Source: Bacteroidota bacterium (GTDB taxonomy: Bacteria > Bacteroidota > Bacteroidia > Bacteroidales > FEN-979). From it: DNA of 64,000 bases. A program made the position numbers and the translations under genes. Under the pieces are notes generated by a model. That model saw only the letters and a list, made by a program, of their open reading frames with translations. It was not told where the DNA came from and searched no databases. The stretch covers positions 137,712 through 201,711 of the forward strand of contig JAPLDO010000078.1 of assembly GCA_026391715.1 (NCBI GenBank), in the 5' to 3' direction. Below, one piece after another: positions 8,940 through 19,129 of this stretch (position 1 is the first letter of the stretch; each line of letters opens with the position of its first letter).

Positions 8940-10289
8940 TTATTTCCATGAACGCATTTTATGCCCAAACAAGGCATAATAAAAAATAAAGATATAACAG
9001 GGAATGAGAATCCAATAAGCCTGCTGCGGACTGAACATATCAACCATCCTGCCATACAACAGAGGCAGTAGCGCTCCTCCGGCAATTCCCATAATCAGAA
9101 GCGAGGAACCGATTTTGGTAAATCTGCCCAATCCGTTGATTGCCAAAGGCCAGATAGCGGGCCACATAATAGCGTTGGCAAGCCCAAGCAATGCAATAAA
9201 AAACACCGACAAATCAAATGGAAGTACCAATGAGAAACCGGCAACGGCGATGGAAAAGGTGGTTTGGTAATGGATTCCGGCTGCAACAATAGCCAACACG
9301 CCAAACGCAATGCCAAGCAAAGCCGAAATCATCAGCGCCCGTTCCTGTTTCAGGTATTTAGGAATAGCGATGATTCCTATGATATAACCCAGCACCATCG
9401 CAGCAAGCGTATAGGAAGCAAAATATTTCGCAAGTTCAAACGAAAATCCCTGGGCTTTACCATAATTAATAATGGTATCAACGGCTACAACTTCCACGCC
9501 AACATAAACAAAAATGGCGACCACGCCCAATACAAGTTGAGGAAACTGGAAAATGCTGGTTCTGCCAATGTTGGCTGATGAAGTTTGATCGTCTTCCTTG
9601 TCGGTATCAATATCGGGAAGCGCCGAAAACCTCAGCATTACAGCCAGAACAATCAATACCGCCGCCATAATGATGTACGGAAGAATGATTCGACCGGCAA
9701 GTTCGTCAAGAACGGTGGTTTTCTGAATTTCATTCATCGCGCCGAGCATGGTTTTATCAAAGCGATCCATCCCCTTTAAAACTATTGCGCCAAGTATTAG
9801 CGGACTGATAACCCCGGCAATTTTATTGCAAATTCCCATGATGCTGATGCGCTTTGCCGCGCTTTCAAGTGGTCCGAGTATGGTTACATAAGGGTTGGAA
9901 GCAGTTTGAAGAATAGCCAATCCGGCGCCCTGAACAAAAAGACCGGTCAGGAAAAGCCCGTACATCCGCGAATAGGCTGCCGGGATAAAGATCATTGCGC
10001 CAATTGCCATTAAAACCAACCCCAGCGACATACCGTTTTTAAACCCGGTTTTATGCAACACAAACGACGAAGGTATTGCCATCACGAAATAAGAGATATA
10101 GAAAGCAAAAGCGACAAAATAGGATTCAAAGTTGTTTTTTTCACAGGCAATTTTCAGAAAAGGAATTAACACCGAATTAAGCCAGGTAACAAATCCGAAA
10201 ATAAAGAAAAAAACACCGATTATGGTAATCGAGAGAATGTAATTTCCCTTCGATCTGTCGGTGAGCGGTAATTGTGCCTGCTGTGCCAT
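8940..10289 (-). CDS. MFS sugar transporter (glucose/galactose-fucose permease type)
   Basis: Twelve-TM profile with the N-terminal motif FFIFGFVTWLNSVLIPFLK, typical of GluP/FucP-like MFS proteins. Confidence 0.8.
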   Translation of the reverse strand: MAQQAQLPLTDRSKGNYILSITIIGVFFFIFGFVTWLNSVLIPFLKIACEKNNFESYFVAFAFYISYFVMAIPSSFVLHKTGFKNGMSLGLVLMAIGAMIFIPAAYSRMYGLFLTGLFVQGAGLAILQTASNPYVTILGPLESAAKRISIMGICNKIAGVISPLILGAIVLKGMDRFDKTMLGAMNEIQKTTVLDELAGRIILPYIIMAAVLIVLAVMLRFSALPDIDTDKEDDQTSSANIGRTSIFQFPQLVLGVVAIFVYVGVEVVAVDTIINYGKAQGFSFELAKYFASYTLAAMVLGYIIGIIAIPKYLKQERALMISALLGIAFGVLAIVAAGIHYQTTFSIAVAGFSLVLPFDLSVFFIALLGLANAIMWPAIWPLAINGLGRFTKIGSSLLIMGIAGGALLPLLYGRMVDMFSPQQAYWILIPCYIFIFYYALFGHKMRSWK

Positions 10290-10329
10290 TGAGAAGAAAT
10301 TGGTGAGGACTTCTGTAAATTTAACCTGG

Positions 10330-10337
10330 CAAAAATA
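10330..10337 (-). promoter_or_regulatory. candidate Bacteroidota -7 box (TATTTTTG)
   Basis: Matches TAnnTTTG on the minus strand, 40 nt upstream of the ATG at 10289. Confidence 0.3.
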
Positions 10338-10376
10338 GGCAATAATGTTGAAATTTGGTTTTTAAAGTGGCGTCCG

Positions 10377-10991
10377 CTATGGATGAAATTCATTCCAAAC
10401 GTCAATGGCAATTATTTCCGATGGGCGGTTTCCGTCGGTTATAAAAATCTTCTCTTTGAATTTAAGCTGTTCAAGCGCTTCTAAATATTTGTTCCTTACT
10501 TTTATCAGGTTTTCAATAGTTTCATAAAGTTCCATTGAACTTCTTCCCTTGCTAAGCCTATTCATGCTGATTTCGGGAGAAATGTCAATATAAATATTTA
10601 AGTCGGGACGAAGCAAATCAGCGCTCATGGAGTTTGCCTCAATAACCCAATCCATTGGCATGTGGACGCCGTGATAGGCATAAGAGGAAAAATAATACCT
10701 GTCGGTAATTACAGTATAACCTTCCTGAAGTTTTTTTAGAATTCCATTTGTCTTGTTCAGCAAATGGTCTAAACGATCAGCCACAAAAAGTCCTGCAATG
10801 GTTCGGTGGTCGGCTTCAATTCTATTATTGAAAATATTTCTGATAACCGAACCAATTGGTCCGTCGGTAGGTTCAAATGTTGAATAGACTTTATGTCCCG
10901 CTTTTTTTAAATTGTCGGATAATAGCTTAACCTGTGTGCTTTTCCCGCTTCCATCAATACCTTCAAAGGCGATAAATAAGTTGTCTTTCAT
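10377..10991 (-). CDS. tmk: dTMP (thymidylate) kinase
   Basis: Has the P-loop FEGIDGSGKSTQ and the downstream DRY motif. The ATG at 10991 is preferred over the upstream TTG. Confidence 0.85.
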   Translation of the reverse strand: MKDNLFIAFEGIDGSGKSTQVKLLSDNLKKAGHKVYSTFEPTDGPIGSVIRNIFNNRIEADHRTIAGLFVADRLDHLLNKTNGILKKLQEGYTVITDRYYFSSYAYHGVHMPMDWVIEANSMSADLLRPDLNIYIDISPEISMNRLSKGRSSMELYETIENLIKVRNKYLEALEQLKFKEKIFITDGNRPSEIIAIDVWNEFHP

Positions 10992-11009
10992 TGTTGGCAA
11001 ATCAAGGCG

Positions 11010-11028
11010 CAAATATAGGACAAATATA
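11010..11028 (-). promoter_or_regulatory. two tandem candidate -7 boxes (TATATTTG x2)
   Basis: The minus strand reads TATATTTGtccTATATTTG, 18 and 29 nt upstream of the tmk ATG. Confidence 0.3.
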
Positions 11029-11370
11029 ACCGAGGCAGCAAGGCGGCAAGGTATTGAACCGGGGAAATGGGGAAATGGGTAAATTTAATTATAGTGGATG
11101 GAAATGGTCAGTTGTTTTGACGCCCAAGCTATTTCCTTTGGGGATTGGGTTTCCGGTGAAATTTGGAAAATCACTTTCATTCGTGAAATAATATTTATCT
11201 TTGCTAAAACAATAATTCAGGTTGGAACCATTGAAAAGACAGTTATTTCCGGCGCTTACCGATCATCTTATAGAGAAGGAATTAACAATTGTTTCATTAC
11301 CAAAACAGAGTAGTAAAACTACGTTATTTGACAGTCTATTGTAATCATTTATTTTAAAATCCCCAAACCC

Positions 11371-14300
11371 ATGAAAAAAGCATGTTTTGTATTAATGTTG
11401 ATGGTTTTTCCAGCAATATTGTTTTCTCAACCCTGGTTGAAAAATTTACCTCAGACAAAATCCAAGGAAGCATTGACTTTTTTTGATTACAAAAACGCAT
11501 TTGAAAATTACTGGGCGCCGTTTAATGTTGACAGAGGTTATTTTATCGAAAATGGCGTTAAGACAAAAGCTGTTGGCTGGAAACAATTCAAACGTTGGGA
11601 GTACGATATGGAACGTCAGGTAAATCCAACAACAGGCGAATTTCCCACAAAAACCGCTCAGGAAATATATGAAGAATATTTATCTGATAACCCTCAATTA
11701 CCTCTGGCAAACTGGACGTCTCTCGGTACAAATAGTTCCGCCGGAGGTTATGCCGGAATTGGACGAATAAATTGCATTGCTTTTCATCCCTCAGATAATA
11801 ATACATATTGGGTTGGCGCGGCTTCCGGCGGGTTGTGGGTTACAACCAATAACGCTACAACATGGAGTTGTTTAACTAACAATAATGGCGCTCTTGCTGT
11901 CAGCGATATTTTTATTCCAACTGATTATGTTACTTCACATACTATTTTTATTGCTACCGGCGATAAGGATCATTGGGATAACAGAAGTATTGGCGTGTTG
12001 AAATCAACAGATGGCGGCGCTTCATGGAATACGACAGGAATGAGTTATACATTATCAGAAGGACGGATGGTGAACCGACTTTTAGCAGACCCCAATAATA
12101 ATCAGATTATAATTGCCGCAACCTCAATTGGCGTTTATAAAACCACTAATGGCGGCGCTACCTGGAGCGCTCAATTAACAGCTACCAATTTTATTGACAT
12201 GGAATTTAAACCGGGTGATTTTAACACACTTTATGGCTCAACTACTTATGGCGGAATTTATGTTAGCTCGAATGGCGGAGGCTCATGGACACAGGCTTTT
12301 AGCGATGGAAGCGCTTACAGAATTGAATTGGCAGTGTCAGCAAATCAACCTGCCTGGGTTTATGCTATTGCCGCTAATTCAGGCAGCGGACTTTATGGTA
12401 TTTATAAATCAATAAACAGCGGCGCAAGTTATTCGCAGGTTTTTGCCGGAACTACTCTGAATTTATTAGGCTGGAATTCCAATGGCGGTGATGTAGGCGG
12501 ACAGGGCTGGTACGATTTAAGTCTAGCCGTTGTGCCCACCAATGCAAATACATTACTTGTCGGGGGCGTAAACACCTGGCGTTCAACAAATGGCGGAACA
12601 TCATGGGCAATTGTCAACCATTGGTGGGGCGATGGCGTTCCAGCCGCTCATGCTGATAAACATAATTTATCCTTCAGAACCAATGGCGATTTATTTGAAT
12701 GTAACGATGGCGGCGTATATATTTCACCCAATAACGGAACAACCTGGACAGACAAAACCAACGGAATGGTTATTAGTCAAATGTATAAACTTGGCGTTTC
12801 ACAAACAGTTTCCAATGAAGTTATTACCGGTTTGCAGGATAATGGCACCAAACTTTATTCAGGCAACGCCTGGGCGGATGTTAAAGGTGGAGACGGGATG
12901 GAATGTTTAATTGATTATACCAACGTAAATATCCAATATGGAACTTATGTAAATGGTCAGATTTCAAGAACGGTAAATCATTGGACAAGCGCCACAAACA
13001 TTGAACCAGCCAACGCAGGCAGCGGCGCATGGGTAACGCCATATATTATTGACCCGGGCAATCCTCTGATACTATATGCAGGATACGCCGATGTGTGGAA
13101 AACCACTGACAGAGGCGATAACTGGACGAAAATATCCACAATGGCCACCGCGTCAAAAATCCGTTCAATGGCTATTGCGCCTTCAAATACTCAAACGTTA
13201 TATGTTGCCGACCCCTCGATTATTTGGAAAACAACCGACGGAGGAACTAACTGGACCAACATCACCGGAACTTTACCTGTAGGAAGTATCACCTATATTA
13301 CCGTAAAAAATGATGATGCAAATACCATTTGGGTTACTCTGGGCGGTTATAATGCAAATACTGTATTTCAATCTGTAAACGGTGGAACTACCTGGACAAA
13401 TATTTCCGCCGGGTTACCTCTGATTCCGGCTTATTCAATAGTGCAAAATAAACAATCCCTTTCTGAATTGCAATTATATGCAGGCACTGACCTGGGTATC
13501 TATTTTAAGAAAGGTTCTGATAATTGGGTTGCTTTTAACACGGGTTTACCAAATGTAAGAATTGGGGAAATTGAAATTTTCTATAATGCCAATCCACAAA
13601 ACAGTAAGCTAAGGGCTGCAACTTATGGCAGGGGACTTTGGGAATCGTTGGTTTATTACTCATCTATGCCAATGACTTATATTTCATGTACAGCTACTCA
13701 AAATAATACCGAAACTGTTGCTCCGGGTGAAACAAATCAGGAAATTATTGGCGTTCAGATTGTCACTAATGGCGATCTGTCGCCCTTAAGCGCAATTTCA
13801 TTTTCCTTTAATACAACAGGATCGACAAATCCGGCAACAGATATTTCAAATGCAAAACTTTTTTATACCGGAACGAGTAATGATTTTTCAGCAACGTCGC
13901 AGTTTGGTTCAATCTCGATCTCCCCGAATGGATCGTTCATAATTACAGGAACTCAAACTTTAGCCGGTGGAACCAACTATTTCTGGCTCACTTATGATGT
14001 TCCATTCACAGCTACTCTGAATAACTATTTAGACGCTCAATGCACTTCGTTAACAGTTGGAACCGCAAAAACGCCCACAGTTACGGATCCTCCCGGAAAC
14101 AGAAAAATTGGAGTTAGCTACTGCAGCGCTTCTTCAGGTACTTGCGACGAGTATATTAGTAATGTAACCGTTGGAACAATCAATAATACTTCAACCTGTA
14201 CGCCAGGCGGATATGCCGATTATTCCGCTATTTCAACCAATATTGTTCAGGGAGCTTCGCTTCCAATCACCGTTTCAAATTCTGTGCCTTATATATACGA

Positions 14301-15069
14301 CCAATGCGGAGTCTGGGTTGATTGGAATAACAATGGTAATTTTCTGGATGATCAGGCAATTACAGTTAACGGAACGCCGGGCGGCGGTCCATATTCGGCA
14401 AATATCGCTTGTCCTGCGGGCGCTTTTATCGGGTCAAAACGAATGAGGATAAGAATTCATTATAACAATGAAATCTCATCTCCTTGCGGAGTGGCTGTTT
14501 ATGGAGAGGTAGAAGATTATACAATTAATGTTACATCTTCAACGCCGGTAAATATCTCTGTAACGGGTATCATTCCAAACGGACAAAGTCAATGTTACAA
14601 CGCTACTCAGACAATAAACGTTGCCGGGAGCGGAACTACTTTCACAGTACAAAACGGAGGAGCAGCTACAATGATTGCGGGACAGAACATTCGTTATCAA
14701 CCCGGAAGCGCTGTTTATAACGGAGGTTACCTGCATGGTTATATTACCACAACCTCTTTTTGTTCAGGTCTGGCTATGCCTGGGGTAATTTCCGGTCAGG
14801 AAGAGCCATTATCAGTTGTCGGAAAATCCGCAGTTAAAATTTATCCTAATCCCACCGCCGGAAATTTCACTCTTGAGTTAACCGGTGAAATTCCATCTGA
14901 TCAAGCTACCGTTAATATCTATGGAATCTGGGGTGAAAAAGTGTACTCCCAAATACTGAATGGAGTTGGCAAACACGAGTTTTCTCTGTCAAACAGGTCG
15001 CCTGGGGTATTTTTTGTCCAGGTGGTAACAGGCGCCAAAACTGAGACTTTTAAGATAGTCAAACAATAA
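11371..15069 (+). CDS. large secreted BNR/Asp-box (sortilin-type) repeat protein with GEVED domain and T9SS C-terminal sorting domain
   Basis: Has a signal peptide and at least 8 Asp-box repeats (STDGGASW, TTNGGATW, SSNGGGSW, STNGGTSW, TTDGGTNW, SVNGGTTW). It also has YGEVEDYT and a C-terminal KIYPNPTAGNFTLEL...KIVKQ sorting domain. Confidence 0.8.
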   Translation: MKKACFVLMLMVFPAILFSQPWLKNLPQTKSKEALTFFDYKNAFENYWAPFNVDRGYFIENGVKTKAVGWKQFKRWEYDMERQVNPTTGEFPTKTAQEIYEEYLSDNPQLPLANWTSLGTNSSAGGYAGIGRINCIAFHPSDNNTYWVGAASGGLWVTTNNATTWSCLTNNNGALAVSDIFIPTDYVTSHTIFIATGDKDHWDNRSIGVLKSTDGGASWNTTGMSYTLSEGRMVNRLLADPNNNQIIIAATSIGVYKTTNGGATWSAQLTATNFIDMEFKPGDFNTLYGSTTYGGIYVSSNGGGSWTQAFSDGSAYRIELAVSANQPAWVYAIAANSGSGLYGIYKSINSGASYSQVFAGTTLNLLGWNSNGGDVGGQGWYDLSLAVVPTNANTLLVGGVNTWRSTNGGTSWAIVNHWWGDGVPAAHADKHNLSFRTNGDLFECNDGGVYISPNNGTTWTDKTNGMVISQMYKLGVSQTVSNEVITGLQDNGTKLYSGNAWADVKGGDGMECLIDYTNVNIQYGTYVNGQISRTVNHWTSATNIEPANAGSGAWVTPYIIDPGNPLILYAGYADVWKTTDRGDNWTKISTMATASKIRSMAIAPSNTQTLYVADPSIIWKTTDGGTNWTNITGTLPVGSITYITVKNDDANTIWVTLGGYNANTVFQSVNGGTTWTNISAGLPLIPAYSIVQNKQSLSELQLYAGTDLGIYFKKGSDNWVAFNTGLPNVRIGEIEIFYNANPQNSKLRAATYGRGLWESLVYYSSMPMTYISCTATQNNTETVAPGETNQEIIGVQIVTNGDLSPLSAISFSFNTTGSTNPATDISNAKLFYTGTSNDFSATSQFGSISISPNGSFIITGTQTLAGGTNYFWLTYDVPFTATLNNYLDAQCTSLTVGTAKTPTVTDPPGNRKIGVSYCSASSGTCDEYISNVTVGTINNTSTCTPGGYADYSAISTNIVQGASLPITVSNSVPYIYDQCGVWVDWNNNGNFLDDQAITVNGTPGGGPYSANIACPAGAFIGSKRMRIRIHYNNEISSPCGVAVYGEVEDYTINVTSSTPVNISVTGIIPNGQSQCYNATQTINVAGSGTTFTVQNGGAATMIAGQNIRYQPGSAVYNGGYLHGYITTTSFCSGLAMPGVISGQEEPLSVVGKSAVKIYPNPTAGNFTLELTGEIPSDQATVNIYGIWGEKVYSQILNGVGKHEFSLSNRSPGVFFVQVVTGAKTETFKIVKQ

Positions 15070-15090
15070 GAACCATTTCAAACGCTGTCT

Positions 15091-15107
15091 GGATTCAGGA
15101 GGAATCC
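15091..15107 (+). terminator. short stem-loop downstream of the BNR gene
   Basis: GGATTC-AGGAG-GAATCC forms a 6-bp stem 22 nt after the stop. There is no clear T-tract. Confidence 0.25.
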
Positions 15108-15141
15108 TTACCTTTGCAAACGTTTTGTATGAATTTTTGTT

Positions 15142-16755
15142 ATGAAGGATTTGCACGGGGGGATTACAAATTGTCTGCTGGTTCAGACAAAATTTTCGGA
15201 TTATAGTTTCTGGAATTATCAGGATGTTTGCAGAATTGTTGGCAGAAAATACCCCGCTGCCCCGCTTGGTCTGCTTACTGTTGCCGCATTGTTTCCCCAG
15301 CATTGGAACTTCCGGCTGATTGACGAAAATGTTGAACCACTGAAGGATCAGGACATGACATGGGCTGATCTTGTTTGTATCGGCGGAATGTTGCCACAGC
15401 AGGCAAGTATGCTCAAACTGATCAGCAGAGCCAAAGCGCTTGGTTGTACGGTGGTTGTTGGCGGTCCGGATCCCACTCACCAGCCCGACCTTTATTCTGA
15501 AGCCGATTTCCTTGTGCTTGGCGAAGGAGAAATTACTATTCCACTGTTCCTCGCCGATCTGAAAAAAGGTATAAAAACCGGAAGGTACATTTCCGAAAAT
15601 AAAGCCAATATGTTTGAAGCCGCCGTACCGCGCTACGATCTCATAAACTTTGGCGATTATATTATGATCGGGTTACAGTTCATCCGCGGATGTCCCTTTA
15701 ATTGCGAGTTCTGCGACGTTATCGAACTTTACGGCAGAACCCCCCGGTTCAAAACAAATGAACAGGTTATCAGAGAACTTCAATCTCTCTATGATTTAGG
15801 GTACCGGGGGCATATAGATATGGTTGACGATAATTTTATCGGTAACAAAAAGAAAGTCAAAGCCCTCCTCCATGAAATGATTGCATGGTCAAAAGCCCGG
15901 AAATATCCATTTTACTTCACCACCGAGGCATCAGTAAATCTAGCGGATGATGACGAACTGCTTCAATTGATGAAGGATGCCGATTTCAGATATGTTTTCC
16001 TGGGAATCGAAACTCCCGACAATGAAACGCTGGCACAAAACAACAAAACCCAGAATGTCAACAAATCCATTAACGATGCTGTGCTGAAAATCCTTTCGTA
16101 TGGAATGGTCAGCAACGGCGGATATATTATTGGATTCGACACCGACAGGAAACAAATTGCCAGTCAGATGATCGACTCTATCCAGGATTCCGGAATCTGC
16201 ATGGCAATGATTGGGCTGCTCTATGCTCTGCCCAATACACAGCTCACCCGGCGACTTGAAACCGAAGGGCGTTTGTTCCATCTTACATCCCGGTCGTTGA
16301 GTTCCGGCGATATTGACCAGATGACGAGCGGGTTGAATTTTATTACGCTAACGCCAAGAACCGAAATTTTAAGGAACTACATCCGCGTGATCGAAAGCAT
16401 TTTCAAACCATCAAAATACTATGAGCGAATTATATATACCAGCTTGAAAATCAGACCAAAATATAAACACAAGCCCGATTTCAAAACCTGGCTGCTATAC
16501 ATGCGCTCCTTTCTGAGGGTTTGCAAAAAGGCTGGTTTTTCGAAGGCAACCGGCTTTCTTTACTGGAAGATGTTTTTCACCGTTATTCTTAGAAACCCAA
16601 TGGGCATTGAAGCCGGCGTAAACCTTGCCGCCATGTTTATTCACTTTCAGAAACAGAAGGAATACATTGTTAGCGTAACCGGCGATTTGATCTCCTTGAT
16701 CGAAAAAGAAGGCGTTGACTCCTACAACCGCAGAATGATGGGAAAATCATCATAA
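15142..16755 (+). CDS. B12-binding domain radical SAM protein
   Basis: Has a cobalamin-binding-like N-terminus and the cluster motif IRGCPFNCEFCDV. It is a paralogue class of 374-1738. Confidence 0.85.
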   Translation: MKDLHGGITNCLLVQTKFSDYSFWNYQDVCRIVGRKYPAAPLGLLTVAALFPQHWNFRLIDENVEPLKDQDMTWADLVCIGGMLPQQASMLKLISRAKALGCTVVVGGPDPTHQPDLYSEADFLVLGEGEITIPLFLADLKKGIKTGRYISENKANMFEAAVPRYDLINFGDYIMIGLQFIRGCPFNCEFCDVIELYGRTPRFKTNEQVIRELQSLYDLGYRGHIDMVDDNFIGNKKKVKALLHEMIAWSKARKYPFYFTTEASVNLADDDELLQLMKDADFRYVFLGIETPDNETLAQNNKTQNVNKSINDAVLKILSYGMVSNGGYIIGFDTDRKQIASQMIDSIQDSGICMAMIGLLYALPNTQLTRRLETEGRLFHLTSRSLSSGDIDQMTSGLNFITLTPRTEILRNYIRVIESIFKPSKYYERIIYTSLKIRPKYKHKPDFKTWLLYMRSFLRVCKKAGFSKATGFLYWKMFFTVILRNPMGIEAGVNLAAMFIHFQKQKEYIVSVTGDLISLIEKEGVDSYNRRMMGKSS

Positions 16756-16844
16756 AACCTTTGCTGATAAAGCCAATTCCGTTAATTTTGCCCGAAGGGA
16801 TGGCATAAAAAAAATTACAGACAAACAGAACAGATACCCACAAC

Positions 16845-17807
16845 ATGGCTGAAATTATTGAACCTATTGAAAAATATGGACTTAGCAAACAGTCCAGACC
16901 AAAAACTCTCTTTTCGAAAATCGGCATAGTTGGTTGCGGCAGCGTTGGACAGGAACTTGTAATCAATGCCTCCAAACATGGTATTGAAGTGATCTTTCTT
17001 GAATTAAGCCACCAACTGATCAGCCATTCGCTGGAAGAGATCAGAAAGCAGCTCGACCATGAGATCAATCACTGGGGATTAACCCCCGGCGAAAAAAACG
17101 CGATTATGTCGAGAATCCGGGGAACCCTCGTTTACCGGGATTTTGCCGAATGTGAACTGGTGATTGAGGCAATAAAATCAAAACAGGGGGAATCGAGCTT
17201 TAACCTGCGGAAAGATGTATTCAAAAACATCGAAAAGCATGTACACCGGGATTGTATTATCGCCACCAACTCCTCTACGCTGGTTGTGACTGAGCTTGCC
17301 TCTGAACTGGAATTCGGCGACCGCTGCGTCAGCCTTCACATCTCAACCACCGCGCCAGGCGCCAGCGTTGTTGAACTCGCAAGAAGCATGCATACATCCA
17401 ACGAAGCTTACGAAAAGGTGATTAAGTTCGTTAAACTTCTCGACAAAATCGTTATCCCGGTAACAGAATCGCCGGGACTCGTGAGTGTCCGGCTTTTTGT
17501 GGTTCTTTTGAATGAAGCCTGCGAAACAATGATGGAAGGCGTAAGTTCTATGGAAAACATTGACCTTGCCATGCGCGCCAGTTTCAACATGCCATTGGGA
17601 ATATTTGAATCTGCTGATAAAATAGGACTTGACAAGATTATGCGGTGGATGGAGAATCTTTACAGTGAATTTGGTTCCACCCGCTATATCGCCTCTCCGA
17701 TAATCAAAAAACTCGCCAGGGCAAACCGGCTTGGCAGAGTCACCGGCATTGGATTCTACGAGTATGATAAAGATGGAAATAAGATAGTTGAAGATACGTG
17801 TTGTTAG
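16845..17807 (+). CDS. 3-hydroxyacyl-CoA (3-hydroxybutyryl-CoA) dehydrogenase family protein
   Basis: Has the Rossmann motif IGIVGCGSVGQEL, a central NSSTL motif and a C-terminal 3HCDH-like helical domain. Confidence 0.75.
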   Translation: MAEIIEPIEKYGLSKQSRPKTLFSKIGIVGCGSVGQELVINASKHGIEVIFLELSHQLISHSLEEIRKQLDHEINHWGLTPGEKNAIMSRIRGTLVYRDFAECELVIEAIKSKQGESSFNLRKDVFKNIEKHVHRDCIIATNSSTLVVTELASELEFGDRCVSLHISTTAPGASVVELARSMHTSNEAYEKVIKFVKLLDKIVIPVTESPGLVSVRLFVVLLNEACETMMEGVSSMENIDLAMRASFNMPLGIFESADKIGLDKIMRWMENLYSEFGSTRYIASPIIKKLARANRLGRVTGIGFYEYDKDGNKIVEDTCC

Positions 17808-17906
17808 CCGTCACCCTAAAAAAACAGACACGAAAAAAAATCGTTAAAAGAAAATGAATTTCCAGAAAAACAAACTATATTTGCCAAATAATGTCAAGAC
17901 AAGCTT

Positions 17907-18218
17907 ATGTCAACAATCTTTGGTAACAAAATAAGGACAATTCGGGAGGAAAAACAAATTCCTCAACGACAGTTAGCTGCTGCGTTAGAAATAGACACGG
18001 CAACATATTGCAAGATTGAAAAAGGCGACAGACGAGCAAAAAGAGAACAAGTGACAGTGCTTGCAGAATTGCTTGAAGTTGACTCAAAAGAGTTAATTCG
18101 TTTATGGTCGGCAGACAAAGTTTATGACATTATTGCCGAAGAGGAAGAAGCAACACAAATTCTAAGTGTAGTTGCAGAGAGCATTCTAAAGTATAAACGT
18201 AAATCTGTCAATGTATGA
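17907..18218 (+). CDS. XRE-family helix-turn-helix protein (likely R-M controller)
   Basis: Carries the HTH_3 pattern IRTIREEKQIPQRQLAAALEIDTATYCKIEKG. Its stop overlaps the methyltransferase start (ATGA at 18215-18218). Confidence 0.7.
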   Translation: MSTIFGNKIRTIREEKQIPQRQLAAALEIDTATYCKIEKGDRRAKREQVTVLAELLEVDSKELIRLWSADKVYDIIAEEEEATQILSVVAESILKYKRKSVNV

Positions 18219-19123
18219 AGCCACTAGTAAAGTACAGAGGAGGAAAATCAAAAGAAATCCCTCATTTGATTAAACATATTCCACAATATAATGGACGATA
18301 TATTGAGCCATTTTTGGGAGGTGGGGCGTTATTTTTCCATTTAGAACCTAAAAGAGCAATTATAAACGACATTAACTCAAAACTAATTGCATTTTATTTG
18401 GGTGTAAAAGACAACTTTGAAACTCTAAAAACTGAACTATCTGAAATCGAAAAACTTTATGTTTTTAATCGCAGTAAGTTTGAAGAACTAAAAAGTAAAA
18501 CGCCTGACGAACTAGTAGATGATGAAAACGAACCCATATTCTATCAAATAAGGGACATGTTCAATGATTTGACACAAAAAAAGTATTCTGATGCTTTTCT
18601 CTACTTCTTCATTAACAAAACAGCGTATTCAGGAATGATACGCTATAATGCTAAAGGCGAATTTAATGTTCCATATGGACGATATGCTAACCTGAACACC
18701 TCTTTGGTTACAAGTGCGCACAATAAACTACTATCTAATACTGAGATTTACAATCTCGACTACTCCGAGATTTTTAAAATGTCAAAAGAAGATGATTTTA
18801 TCTTTCTAGACCCACCATATGATTGTGTTTTCTCGGATTATGGAAATGTTGAACACAAGGACGGTTTTAATGAAAGAAATCATTTTGAATTAGCCAATCA
18901 TTATAAGCAACTCAAATGTAAAGCCCTTATGGTAATTGGCAGAACTCCATTAACTGAAAAATTGTATGGCAATATGATTGTTGATGAATATGGAAAGTCG
19001 TATGCAGTTAATATTAGAAACAGATTTAAGTCAGAAGCAAGCCATATTTTGATTTCAAATTATGGCAACGTAGCAAAAAAATATTATCCAAAATTAGAAT
19101 TTGAAAAAGGATTTGCATTATAA
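18215..19123 (+). CDS. DNA adenine methyltransferase, Dam/D12 class
   Basis: Has an N-terminal KYRGGKSK, FLGGGALFF (SAM-binding) and the catalytic DPPY. Confidence 0.85.
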   Translation: MKPLVKYRGGKSKEIPHLIKHIPQYNGRYIEPFLGGGALFFHLEPKRAIINDINSKLIAFYLGVKDNFETLKTELSEIEKLYVFNRSKFEELKSKTPDELVDDENEPIFYQIRDMFNDLTQKKYSDAFLYFFINKTAYSGMIRYNAKGEFNVPYGRYANLNTSLVTSAHNKLLSNTEIYNLDYSEIFKMSKEDDFIFLDPPYDCVFSDYGNVEHKDGFNERNHFELANHYKQLKCKALMVIGRTPLTEKLYGNMIVDEYGKSYAVNIRNRFKSEASHILISNYGNVAKKYYPKLEFEKGFAL

Positions 19124-19129
19124 AGCGGT

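Noticed and set aside
8933-9085. N-terminal 51 codons of ORF 8024-9085
   Set aside because: This part overlaps the 3' end of the MFS transporter gene. The nucleotidyltransferase G-rich motif starts right after the ATG at 8932.
374-16755. RiPP or other biosynthetic cluster around the two B12-radical SAM genes
   Set aside because: No precursor-like small ORF, transporter or protease pairing was evident next to either gene, so they look like stand-alone enzymes. This cannot be excluded without a homology search.
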